Assembly: GCA_951406725.2 (NCBI GenBank)
Contig: OX597832.1
Location: 11,408,001-11,472,000 of the forward strand
Direction of reading: 5' to 3'
DNA from: Octopus vulgaris
Lineage: Eukaryota
Length of the DNA stretch: 64,000 nt
The position numbers were made by a program, and so were the translations under genes. This document shows, piece by piece, positions 41,666 through 54,034 of this stretch (its first letter is position 1; each line of letters opens with the position of its first letter). The notes under the pieces were generated by a model, which was not told the origin of the DNA, made no database searches, and saw only the letters and a program-made list of their open reading frames with translations.

Positions 41666-42309
41666 TATATTGAGTATTCTTGCTTCTATTTGAAACCACT
41701 AATAACTTATGTGTGTGAATATAAATGTTTGTGTAAGTTGAACCTGCGTATGTGTTTGAACATCTCTCTGCAATCTATGCAAGTAGTGTTGTGTGTTTAA
41801 CTTAGTCTCTCTTCAGACATGGAAAGTTAAATATAGTGTGTTAAGAAGTTCTCGTAATTCGTATCGTATAACATCTATCGGTATTACGCTTTACGATGTG
41901 TAGCATAGATAAAATTCCTTTATTTGACTTCATCTGAAGCTTAATCTGCACAATTATAATTATTACCCTCATTCGGTTTTTTCTTTAGCTCAAGTTAATC
42001 TCTGCAAGAGAGTTAACAAAATATTTGATGTATTATTTTCTTTTTATTTATATACTTTGTAAATATCGCTACTGGCATAGAAGTCAACTGTCTCAAGAGA
42101 AATCCACTTTTATCAAGTCTACCGCCTAGGAATATAAGAAAACTAACAAATTCTCCATTTGCAACTAGAGAAGGAAAAAATTTTAAATAAATGAAGAAAA
42201 TTTTTTAGTTCTTCTTCGATATAACTTTTCAAGAAGAAATCATTTGAAAAGTCACGGGATTTGTGTGTTTTATCAAACTGTATTTCCTTTCTCAATATTG
42301 ATATAATCT

Positions 42310-42507
42310 CGGTGACGAGCTAGCAGTATTGTTGGCGCGCTGGGCAAAAAGCTGAGCGGTATTTCATCCGTCTTTACGTTCAAATACCGCCGAGCTTGAC
42401 TTCTGTATTTCATTCTCTCTTTGGGTCGATAAAATAAGTACCAGTAAGGTATTGATGTGTATGTAATCGTCCTCAAGAAATTGCTGGTTTTGTCCCAAAA
42501 TTCGAAA
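42310..42507 (+). mobile_element. Older family A SINE (A2) with TSD
   Basis: GGTGACGAGCTAGCAG head. TCAATATTGATATA occurs at 42292-42305 and 42508-42521. Confidence 0.75.
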
Positions 42508-42521
42508 TCAATATTGATATA

Positions 42522-42754
42522 TATTTCTTTATTGCCCACAAGGGGCTAAACATAGAGGGGACAAACAAGAATAGACAAAGGGTTTAAGTTGATTACATCA
42601 ACCCCAGTGCGAAACTGGTACTTTATTTATCGACCCCGAAAGGATGAAAGGCAAAGACGACCTCGGCGGAATTTGAACTCAGAACGTAACGGAAGACGAA
42701 ATACGGCTACGCATTTCGCCCGGCGTGCTAACGTTTCTGCAAGCACGCCGCCTT
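42522..42754 (-). mobile_element. Family A SINE (A1)
   Basis: Near-consensus family A, followed by a third AATATTGATATA at 42760-42771. Confidence 0.92.
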
Positions 42755-43047
42755 GATATAATATTGATATAACCTCACCAAATGTTAAAGCAAATTAAAT
42801 ATATCAGCATAGAAATAAAAAATATATAAAGTTTCATCACTTAATCTACATGATGGGCTACTGTCTGGCAACGTATTCAAGATATCTCGTCATTCATGAC
42901 TGAACAATCGTTAATCATCTACCTCAGTAATAATTCTTTGAACTATTTTATATTTTTCTGTGATTAAATTATAGCCATGCTGGGACACTACCACGATGTC
43001 TTTTAAGTGTCTATAATGGTTAGGTTCTTCTTTTTAAATGCCTAAAT

Positions 43048-43185
43048 TAGTGGTTCGACGAAAGAGACCGATAGAATAAGTACCATGTTTTAAATTAAGG
43101 ATTGGGTTCTATAGTTTGACTAAACATTTGAAGGTGGTGCTCCGGCAAGGCCGCGGTCCAATGACGGAAGCAAGTTAAAATATAA
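43048..43185 (+). mobile_element. 3' half of a family B SINE
   Basis: GGTTCGACGAAAGAGACCGATAGAATAAGTAC...GGTGCTCCGGCAAGGCCGCGGTCCAATGACGGAAGCAAGT. Confidence 0.7.
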
Positions 43186-43447
43186 AACATAAACAATCAC
43201 TAAGATTACATAGGAGTTACGGATTTGCGTTTCATAAAAGCATATAAACATCTTCTTCCAGCAGAAGAGATTGTGCCTATCCTCTAGTAGGATGGTCCCT
43301 ATGTCGCAGGTAGTTTCGTTTGAAAATTTGCATGAAAGGAAATTTTGAAGCGGGAAGAGAATTCTGATGATGTAGAAAAAAACAAAAGAACAAAACAAAA
43401 AACAAAAACAAAAAAAAAACAAAAAAAAAAGGCTATTCCTTATGCAG

Positions 43448-43618
43448 AGTTTGACCACCTCCTGTACCTACACCTTAGCACTATACACCTACATACACAC
43501 GTATCAGAGGCCACTATTATGGCTTCTGATATGTGTGTCTGTAGGTGTTTTTACTAAGGTGTAGGTACAGGAGGTGGTCAAACTATCATGGCCTCTGATA
43601 TGTGTGTATGTAGGTGTA
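43448..43618. repeat. 137-bp hairpin plus duplicated arm
   Basis: AGTTTGACCACCTCCTGTACCTACACCTTAG (43448-43478) is the exact reverse complement of 43554-43584. The inner 29-bp arms have 3 mismatches, and the inner right arm is repeated at 43589-43618. Confidence 0.92.
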
Positions 43619-44124
43619 CATATATATTTATGTGTGTATGTGTGTGTGTCTGTGTCTGAGTGGAAAGAAGTCATGTATGACACTTGTGGTTACAGCAGGA
43701 CACACGTTTCACCTACACATTCCATAATTAGGAGTCTGTTATGAACCACACTCATTATCACCATTTTGAATAGAGATACATTTTGGCAACGTAGACTATA
43801 CACGCACATACGCATACATACACACACGCACTCATGCTCACATACATACACAAGCTCACACACATACACGCACGCACACGTACATACGCTTACACACATA
43901 TGTATAAGTATGTATGTATACCAAGAAAGGGAAGGAAAGAAAGGAAGAAAGAAACAAACAAACACACAAACACAGAGGGACGAAGACAGAAGAATGGGAC
44001 ATTGACGACTAGTACGGTTTTGCTGCCTTCAGGGCGAGCAGCAGTGTGTGCATAAGATTAACTTTAAGTCTATGCAAATTGCTACATAAATTCTTCTCAT
44101 CCGCCTCCTCCTAACTCTCCAAAA

Positions 44125-44231
44125 ACAACAACAGCAACAACTACTACTACTACTACTACTACTACTATAACCACCACATCTACTACTACCACCATCATCA
44201 CCACCACCACCACCACTACTACTACCACCAT

Positions 44232-44264
<33 letters not shown>

Positions 44265-44686
44265 CACAACTACCACCACCACCACTACTACTACCACCAT
44301 CATCACCACCATTTCTAGTACTACTACTACCACCACAACCACCACCACTACTACTACTGCTAATACTACTACTACTACCACAACTACCACCACCACCACC
44401 ACCACTACTACTATCACCATCATCACCACCATCTCTAGTACCACCACCACCACCACCACTACTACTACCACCATCATCACCACCACCACCACTACTACTA
44501 CTACCACCACCACCACCACTGCTACTACCACCATCATCACCACCACCACCACCACTACTACTACCACTACTACTGCTACTACTGCTGCTACTACTACTAC
44601 TACTACTACTATTACTACTACTACTACTACTACTACTATTACTACTATTACTATTACTACTACTACTACTATTAGTAGTAGTAGTA
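44125..44686. repeat. Compound (ACT)n/(ACC)n microsatellite with internal duplication
   Basis: Directly visible. CATCATCACCACCAT.TCTAGTAC occurs twice. Confidence 0.95.
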
Positions 44687-45120
44687 CGGACAATTTTTTG
44701 CTATAACACAGCGTCGTTAACGTAGAAAAATAAAACAGTAAAAATGTTTCGAAATAGGAAAGAGCGTCAGTCTTACGAATTTTACCCAACTGGGGACTTA
44801 CCTAATTCTTCACGAACTTTCAGCACATTGCAATCAAACATATTACCATCTCTTGCACTAACAATTTGTGTGGATTACTTTTTATTTCTTTTGTAGAAAC
44901 CTCAGCGGAATGCGGATAACGAGCATTGTATATTAATTTTGCTTCACTCGACTCAAATTATTTTATTTTATCATCTTTTTTTTTTTTTTTTTGCTTCCTT
45001 CTCTTACGAATGATGAACGAGTAAAACAATCGATTGAAGATTTGCCGCCTAGTTCTCTTCACGTTCTAATGAAATGATTGCTTAAATTTTTACTAATGTT
45101 GTTGTCGTTATTATTATTAC

Positions 45121-45172
<52 letters not shown>

Positions 45173-46099
45173 GTTGTTGTTGTTATTACTATTATTATTA
45201 TCAACATCATCATTATATCATCGCATTCATATATATATATATATATATATATCTTCACCATCATTACAGCTACTACTGTCACTACTTCTACAGCAATTGC
45301 TGCTATCACCGCTAGTGCTAGTAGTAGAAGTAGTAGTAAAAGTGGTGGTCGTGGTCGTGGTGCATGCAGAAGTGCTGATCATGATGTTTAGTAGTAGTGG
45401 TAGTAATAGTGGTGGTGGTGGTCGTGGTGCCTGCAGAAGTGCTGATCATGCTGTTTACATTCTCAGGGCAGTGGATTGGACAACAAACAGTTTTCTCCCT
45501 TTTAGATGCGTTCCTTTATTTTCTGATTTCATATTATGTATATGTGTGTGAATGTTTATGTATGTATATATAGAAAAATGTAATGTATGTATGTATGTAT
45601 GTATGTATGTATGTGTGTGTGTGTGTGTGTGTGTGTCTGTATGTATGTATGTATGTATGTAGGTACGTATGTATTCAGTTTTATTTCAAGATTTCTTGCC
45701 AATAGAGAAAGAATCGGTTTCTAACCTAAATCCAAGGCTCCTTCATTTGAATTTCAACAACATCAACAGACTATTTTGTATGTATGTATGTTTGTATATG
45801 TGCAGATTTGTATGTTTTGTTTTATGCATGTCTTCTCATGCATATACTTGCATATCTAGACATACTCAGATATACTTGAATAATAAACATCTAGCAAGTT
45901 CTACAGTTTTTAGAGTTCCAGCGCGGCTTGGACCTGTAGTCTTCGACTCAGCTTTCTCCTTTCTGGCTTTGCGAAGCCTGTATGTATGTGTGTGTGTGTG
46001 TGTGTATGTGTATGTATGTATGTATGTATGTATGTATGTATGTATGTATGTATGTATGTATGCATGCATGCATGCATGCATGCCAGCTATTGATTTTCT

Positions 46100-46700
46100 G
46101 GCCACTTCTTCAATCTGGGCCAGTTAGCTGCCAATTCAAAAGTTTTCCTAGTCTGTTATTCGTGACCTCCTTTATGTAGATGACTGTGACTTGGTCACTC
46201 ATGCAGTGGATGGCGTGCAAATACTTATAAATGTTATATCTGCTTCTTGCAAGACATTTCGTCTCAGCATTAACCTCTACAAGACTGTTGTAATTCTCCA
46301 GCCTGCACCAGGAAACCCCTATGTGGAACCAGCTATCTTGGTTGAAGGAACAATTCTGAAAGTTTGTCTACCTGACCAGCATACTCAGCTGTTCTTGCTC
46401 CCTGGATGATAAAATATCTTTGCGGCTGCAGAGAGCAACTGATTCCTTCCGGTCTCTTCAGTCTCGTGTCTGATCCCAGCATGGCATTACACAGAAAACA
46501 AAAATTGCTGTGTACCGTGCATGTATACTGACATCACTCCTTTACTCAAGTGTGACATTGCCACTTTACATATATGGGTTACATGTTAATGGAAAGGGAT
46601 CCCGGCAGAAACTAAGGCTGCGATTTAAGGACTGTGTCAAGTGCTCATTAAAGGCCTGTGATATGCAGTCGTGTAGGCTTGTCAAGAACAGGGCTCATTA
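46100..46700 (+). pseudogene. Decayed RTE-clade LINE reverse transcriptase fragment
   Basis: Translation gives VIRDLLYVDDCDL (YADD motif), LSINLYKT, FVYL.S, TKIAVYRACILTSLLYSS and, after a deletion, GKGSRQKLRLRFKDCVK. It contains frameshifts and stops. Confidence 0.85.
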
Positions 46701-47051
46701 GCCACAAACGGAGCCTCAAATGCAAAATATAAGTTAGTCCTAGAGCGCACAATGTTCCTAAATGTCTGCACTGGTCTTCCTCGGTCACTAGTGGAATGCC
46801 ATCATGTATGTATGCACGCGTGTTTGTATGTATACAAAGTTACTTATATAAACAAGCTTACAATTGTCATCGCATATACATAGAGTAACAAGTTAATGAT
46901 GACCTTTACTGCTGCCGTCCTCGCGTCTTAGTTGCTTTTGTGATAGTTACACAGTAAATTCTGTAAATAGAATTATTCAAAAGACGAGTGATAAACTAAG
47001 AAATCAAATAGAAGACATAATATATTAAAGGTGTAACATTTATTTTATTTA

Positions 47052-48249
47052 TGAGGCGCATTCCAGAAGGTTGGAGATGTTTTACGAGAAGCAATTATAT
47101 CTGGCTTAGATTATTGTAATTTTAGGATATCATTATTGTACATCAAATAAGCTGACCAGCTAGATTTATATCCCAGATTAAAGAAGACGGTTGTAGTAGT
47201 TCTCTGAACAATAATGCGTTATGTTAAACTAAGCAAATATGCTATGGAGGTTTTATGAAATGTTCTAACTTGATTATGCACTAACTTGTATGAACCGGAC
47301 ATCTGTTTTTGTCTGTTACAAGAGTTCCAAGGACAGTAGAGAAGATGTGAGAGACGATGTGAAGTATAGGAGAGAGAAGAAAATAAGAACTGGTTGAGAA
47401 TATTCGCAATTTCCTGGATGAAGACCGTTATGCTTCTATAAAGACAATAAGCGTGCTGTGGAGTTGATGTGACAACTGTACACAGAAAAAACATGTACAC
47501 AATTTGTGCAAAGCTTGTTTACAAAGTGCTCAGTGACGTACAAAAAGAAAGACGCGTTAGTAACAGTAACGAGAATGGATGGGCCAATAAGCTTCAATTT
47601 AAGAGCAATAAAGTTTCTGGTGACCTGAAGCAAAAGCTGGATTTACTGTTATTATCTAGAAACCTAAAGATAGAGTGCCCAGTGGAAGCATTTCGGCTAC
47701 TACAGAACCAAGAAATCCAGGGAAAAACAAATCTGCTAAGGAGTTCACGATAATACCACTTTTTCAACAGCAAGAACATTGACTGCATATGCAGAGATTC
47801 CTCTCGCCATACAGTCAATACTGTATAATCTGTAAAGATTTTGAGGAAGTTCATAGCAATAGCCCAGATTTTCCACTCACTCGGGCCAGAGGTACCTGCA
47901 TCAGGACAATGCACTAATCCACATTCCCACCCTGTTAAAAAACTACTTGAAAAAGATGAGCATCGAAATTCTTCTACACCCTCCCTACAGTCCAAACCTT
48001 TTCCCTGTGACTTTTGCTTGTCCCCTGAGTTATTGGTGAACCACAAGAACAGTCGTTTTGAAAACGTTGAGAAGATGGAGGTAGCTGTGATAAGGATCCT
48101 GGACATGTTCAGTTAGGTGGACTTACATGTGGCCTTCAAGAAGTGGCTGGAGCGCTCCATGTGCACTGAGGTCAGAGGATCCTACATTAGATTAGAGTTG
48201 TTCTCATCCCTTTCTTGAAAATTTCTCCACGCGTCTCGAACGCACCTTG
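47052..48249 (+). mobile_element. Decayed ~1.2-kb mariner element
   Basis: LHQDNA...LLHPPYSPNL/PCDF...FKKWLER motifs at 47895-48190. Degenerate TIRs TGAGGCGCATTCCAGAAGGTTGGAGA and TCTCCACGCGTCTCGAACGCACCTTG, with TA on both flanks. Confidence 0.8.
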
Positions 48250-49102
48250 TATATAATTTTTAAAAAGAGTTAATTGTGATATAAAGGCTTCAAAAACGTA
48301 CATTTTTCTATTAGAGAAATTCACATTGCTCTATTAGAAAAATATAGATTTGACGTTTTAAAGAATGGTAAGGCACTACCATTTTCCTGTAATATTAACT
48401 ATTAAACGTTATTGAAAGCCTGAATCTTCTATTTTGTTCAAATTTTTATGATTACTTCATCCTTCTTCCGTTTAAATCATTCTTTCAGGAATGTTTCAAT
48501 AATTTTATTCACACAATAATAGAAAATCGAAAAGAAATGAACCAGTATTTTTTCATCGAAAACTCTATTTCGTATTTATCATTTAACACGCAAATAAAAG
48601 CAAATGGATAACACCTCACAATTTAGGAGAGGTGACAAATATCTTGTAAAGCATATAGCTTTCTAAGACATTATCTTCAAAAATTGTGCCTTTTTATTAC
48701 TAACATGGATTTTACACAGTTCCAAGAAATAGACGTTTACGAGAATAACCAATTTAAAAACAAAGTTTCCAATATAACTGGAAGATTAAAGAAAATTGTA
48801 ATAACATAGTCACAATTGAAAGGCAACGGAAAGTAAATTAGCATTTTTTCCATAGAATTTACGTCCCGTCATGTATAAAACTTTTGCTAGAAAATACAAT
48901 TTGTGAAGAAATTATGCATCTCTTGGTTTTTAAAATAACCATGAGAATTTCCACAAATAGTGGAAGCACTTTATAAAGCATGCTAAAATGTGGTCGCTGT
49001 TGAACCGTGCTACTACCACTTCTTATTGTCTTGTATATTTCTGTTTAGAAAATTTTCACCTTTTATTGTATATTTTATTGTATATTTGCTTATCACTCGA
49101 TT

Positions 49103-49405
49103 GGAGGCGCAATGGCCCTGTGGTTAGGGCAGTAGACTCGCGGTCGTAGGTTCGTGGCTCCGATTTTCAGACCGGGCGTTGTGAGTGTTTATTGAGCGAA
49201 AACACCTAAAAAGCTTCACGAGGTTCCGGCAGTGGGTAGTAGCGATCCCTGCTGTATTCTTTCGCTACAACTTTCTCTCACTTTTTCTTCTGTTGGCCTG
49301 CTCGCTTAGCCAGCGGGGTGGCGTCATTTGAAGGCTAAAACAATGCGAAGCGCATTGTGGACAGCGATGTGTAGCAACATCTGATAGCCTGGTTGGTCAC
49401 GGTGT
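49103..49405 (+). mobile_element. tRNA-derived SINE of a further family
   Basis: The head GGAGGCGCAATGGCCCTGTGGTTAGGGCAGTAGACTCGCGGTCGTAGG...CCGATT.TCAGACC is tRNA-like with a degenerate B box. The body is unrelated to families A and B. Confidence 0.7.
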
Positions 49406-50872
49406 TTACTCAATTAGGAGGGTGTTTCATGTCATCTGATATATTAAATGTTACAACAGGACATACAAATAATATCCATCCGATATTTATTTTGAAACTA
49501 CACTCTAGATTTATTTACAAGTTCATTGCGATAGCTAGTGAGCATGAGTTAAGAGCAGGACAATTTGCTATCCAAAGCTTCAGTATCAGATATTAGTACA
49601 CGCGATCTATTTTTGTTGTTCCAATCTTTGCCTGATCATTAGTTTCAATCGATTCTTTCAAATTATTCCAATATGTATAATCGATGAGCGTGATAGCAAA
49701 TAGATAAGGATATCGGTTACGGTCAAATATAATGCTTGAACCTTTATAGTAATTTCAACATCAATGATGAAGATATTTGTGAACTGGGATGCAAAAAAAT
49801 CATCTATAAATCATTTGTTTGTTTATAATTTAGCATAAATTATATACGCAGATATTTAGTTTCGTTATGACTATAATTTGTATATTTGTTTATTATATAC
49901 ATATGTGTTTATGTCCACGAATCTGTAAGCGTAATATTGGGAGGAACATAGTGAGATACTGTTTGTGTGTGAGTATTATTGTGTTGAGTTCCAAAACCAA
50001 TTAAGCATTTTAAATAATGCTAATGTCCTTGCTTGTTTTATGTTGTGTATCTCTGGCATATCAGCTTGGCGTAAAACATCCCCCTTCAAATTGAAGCTTC
50101 AAGTTATGTAATTGTTATATACAGTAATATCTAGACAGATAATTATCGGTAACAACGTTGGATCCTGGCTACATAATGTTCAAATCACATATATACATCA
50201 ACACATATATCAGCGGAAACTTTAATTATTGCAAGACAGATAAGAAAATATATAAGTTTGATATTAAAAACGAGACTTGTAATTACTATATCGAAATTGA
50301 TTAATGAACAATAAATTATAATAATTATTATAATAACTAAATATTTAGTTTTATGTGGTGCTACGAGGCTTGTAAATTGCTTGTGCTTTTCCTCCCTTTC
50401 TTTTGCAGTATACTTTCAATTGCTCCACTCTTAGTAGCTATCAATACAGCCTATACCAGTGAATGAGGAACTTTGTGTTCGCTACGTTGGCTGTAATATA
50501 ATGAGTTTGAGATAGATAAGATCTACGTCACGGCAATATATACCAGCCTGTGTAACATTTTAGCTCCCGCCAGAGCTACATCATTGGATGGGAATTTCAG
50601 TTCAAATCTATCATGGCAGATGCTGGTTAAGATAGATTGCCACTCAGTTAAAGGAACAACGATACTTAAATGCTATTTAAATTTATTAAATCAAAAAAAA
50701 ATGAAAGACAGATTTGACTTTCGCAGGAATCTAAACTCAGAACGTAAAGAGTAGGACCAAACATCGTAAGTCATTAGTTCGGTGTTCTAAAGATCCTACG
50801 AACCAATGACACTGAAATGTATACTTAAGCAGGCTACACATTTATTGATCAGCAAACTAAGCAATTACATAC

Positions 50873-50913
<41 letters not shown>

Positions 50914-50994
50914 TATGTGTGTGTGTGTGTGTGTAGACGAGTGAGCGGACAAACGAAAGAAAAGGGTCCCTTCTTATTTAGTATTAGTTACATG

Positions 50995-51660
50995 TATTAT
51001 TATTTAAAACAGTCTGGTTCGGTTCTCTGCTACTTATATTTTCGCTGGCTTCATACAGAAGCTTAACCTGTTCAGGCTCAGATAACTGAATGGAGGATCC
51101 CAGGAAGTCTAAAAAAAAGTAGGTTGTTACTAGTCAAAGCTAGTCATGATGTCAGCGTAAGATCAATGACCAGCGACAGCAGTTCCATTAGGCAAGGGAA
51201 TCTCTTGGATTGCATGAGTGGATAAGAAGCTAGTGGTGTCTTAGTGTCTGGGTAAAGGCTGTAGGAATGAGTGTGTGGTGGGGTGTTTAATGTACACGCA
51301 CATAAGTTTATGTGTGTATAGTAGATGAACGAATACGTGAGTGTGGGTACATTATTGGTTTTGTGCGTGTGCATGTGTGTTTGTGTGTATATGTATGTGT
51401 GCATATGTATGTGGGTATATGTATGTGTCGACCCCCATAAAAATAAACACAACCAGCTTCCTCTCCAGCCACATGGCTCCCTTCCTAATGGAGCTGCCGT
51501 TGCTGAATCGTCAATCTTACTCTAAATACATCATATGACGTGCCTTGACCAGTACCGGCCCATTTTCCATCATCTATCTTGGACGTCTATAATCTGAGGT
51601 TGAATGAGCTAAACTTCTGTATGAATCACCGAACCAAACAGCTTTAAATAATAATGATAA
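50995..51660. repeat. Diverged long inverted repeat (two ~230-bp arms, ~200-bp spacer)
   Basis: TCATACAGAAG/CTTCTGTATGA, TGGTTCGGT/ACCGAACCA, GTAAGAT/ATCTTAC and TCCATTAGG/CCTAATGGA occur in collinear inverted order. Confidence 0.75.
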
Positions 51661-51679
51661 TAATGATGATAATAATAAA

Positions 51680-52231
51680 TGCCCTGATGCAGTAACAGGT
51701 AGTAGCTCTAGCGGCTTCTCATCTTACCTGATTGGAAGTGTTATCATGTACATTGTTTTGTCTTGGTATAAAAGATGGGCTACAGCAAATATTCTACTCA
51801 ATACCACAGATCTGCTGTCAACTGTTTGACTTAAACCATTTGAGCGTAGCCTTTAGCGGCTGACGATATGTGCATCACTAATCATGAACAGAAGTAGTGG
51901 GGGAGCATTATAGCCATGTTTTGAGAGGAATTCTTTGGGGCTTGGTAATTCATCTTTGGAAACATAGGCGTTTCCTTCAACATCCTTAAACAACCCTTAT
52001 TCAGGGACCATTTGAGCGGGATGGGCTACTCGACCCGAAGAAAATCTAACTAGGCCCCACCTTCAAGGTCAAGCTCTGTTTATCTTTATATGAGATCACC
52101 ACCTCGCGCACATATGGCTGTGATGCATGTGCATGGTGTACCATTATCGGACGGGTAGTCATGATGGCTACACTGGGCTTCGTATATTTTACCCCAGTGT
52201 CACTTTGATGGCACGCACTGCTCTCTCACTC
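51680..52231 (+). mobile_element. Family D ~550-bp repeat inserted in (AAT)n
   Basis: TGCCCTGATGCAGTA ... GCACTGCTCTCTCACTC followed by (AAT)n. It is the inverted homologue of 31482-32003. Confidence 0.85.
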
Positions 52232-52522
52232 AATAATAATAATAATAATGATGATGATGTTGATGATGATGATTATAACAATAATATTACTGATGTGAAT
52301 GATAATAGTAATAATAATAATAATAATGATATTAATATTAATAATAATGATGATAATGATATTAATATTAATAATAATGATGATGATGATATTAATATTA
52401 ATAATTATGATGATATTAATATTAATAATAATGATGTTGATGATATTAATATTAATAATAATAATAATGATGATGATATTAATATTAGTATTAACACTGA
52501 TATTGATATTAATAACAATAAC
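52232..52522. repeat. (AAT/GAT)n tract with higher-order unit GATATTAATATTAATAATAAT
   Basis: The unit is repeated about 6 times. Confidence 0.9.
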
Positions 52523-52748
52523 GGACATACATACATATATGTATATATGTATTTGCAGCAAACTTATCGAGAATATAAGAAGTGTAAAATAAATTCCCAC
52601 GCGTTCTAATACGCACTTTTACTGTCCAGGTCTTATATGGTCCAATATTATTCTATTTTCATAAAGTGAACGCTTATAAGCTTTAAGCTTATTATTATTT
52701 TAACTGTTTACAGAATTTTCTCTTTTCACTGTTTCTACATTTAACGCA

Positions 52749-52791
<43 letters not shown>

Positions 52792-52798
52792 TACAGAC

Positions 52799-52835
<37 letters not shown>

Positions 52836-53622
52836 CAGAGAGACAGAGACAGAAGGAGAGAGATGTGACCACAGGCACATGCTGGCCACTCTGTTGTTTT
52901 CGCATTACTATTGATTAAGCCACTCTCAACTTTACAACAGACAAAATCTTTTTCCTGATAGATTATCCTAAGAGGGATAATCCATCAGCTGTTCGTGATA
53001 TCAGTTTAGGAATTCTATGATTCGTGAACACATTTTGTCACAGTTGGTGAAAAATTATTTCTATATACAAAATATATACTTCATAAATCAATAAAAAAAA
53101 TTGAATTTCGCTTGTTGATGTTGACCTATGTTAGAACTAAACCAGCTGATATCCGACCTTCGACTCTCCGTTCTTCAACATCACGTTTGTTTTTCTTTTT
53201 TGCTCCAGCTCATATAATCAGACTATATTGTACAAAGTCTCGTTCTTTAATAGATAATTGTGTGTGTGATATATGCTGGTCAGCATTTCACGTAGATTTT
53301 ATCGCTCTATAATGCAGATCTCACCTAGAATATTTATCACAAGTTGATAATATGAGATTAACGGTGAGTTTATCTGGCATATAGGTTTACAAGGAAACCA
53401 ACCAAAAAAATCGTGATGCTGTTATGCAAATACAAGAAGCGCCCAGAACCAAAAGGGTGGTGATATGGATAATAAAATGTCATCGAGTTACATATTGTCG
53501 AAAACGGTTCAGGGAAAAACAATTAAATGAAATAACATTTAACGCTGTCATCAAATAATCGGATTATATGAAATATATGTATATGTATCTATGTGTGTCT
53601 CTCCTTGATTCTTTCTGTGTTC

Positions 53623-53658
53623 CTTTCTGTGGAAGAGCAAAGGCTCGAAACGTTAAAG
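53623..53658 (+). ncRNA. Minimal hammerhead-like motif (variant core)
   Basis: CTTT | CTGTGGA (A6 replaced by U) | A GAGC-aaag-GCTC | GAAA | ACGT palindrome | T | AAAG. Confidence 0.4.
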
Positions 53659-53801
53659 ACAATTTCCGAGCGTTATACTAGTACATCTGTTTGTTTTCTA
53701 CACCACCTGTCTTCATATTTTGTTTTATTTTTTGTGAATTCTCCCTATATATATATATGCATGTATGTATGTGTGTATGTATGTATGTATGTATATATAT
53801 A

Positions 53802-54034
53802 AAGGCGGCGAGATGGCAGAAACGTTAGCACGCCGGGCGAAATGCGTAGTCGTATTTCGTCTGCCGTTACGTTCTGAGTTCAAATTCCGCCGAGGTCGAC
53901 TTTGCCTTTCATCCTTTCGGGGTCGATAAATTAAGTACCAGTTACGCACTGGAGTCGATATAATCGACTTAATACGTTTGCCTGTCCTTGTCTGTCCCCT
54001 CTGTGTTTAGCCCCTTGTGGGTAGTAAAGAAATA
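53802..54034 (+). mobile_element. Family A SINE (A1), near-consensus, inserted in (TA)n
   Basis: GGCGGCGAGATGGCAGAAACG...GAGTTCAAATTCCGCCGAGG...GGGTAGTAAAGAAATA. Confidence 0.93.

Noticed and set aside
44097-44789. 230-aa poly-Val ORF
   Set aside because: It is an (ACT/ACC)n microsatellite.
49103-49180. tRNA-like sequences (also 16100, 34575, 58815, 63105)
   Set aside because: The acceptor and T stems are broken and each continues into a SINE body, so these are SINE heads rather than tRNA genes.
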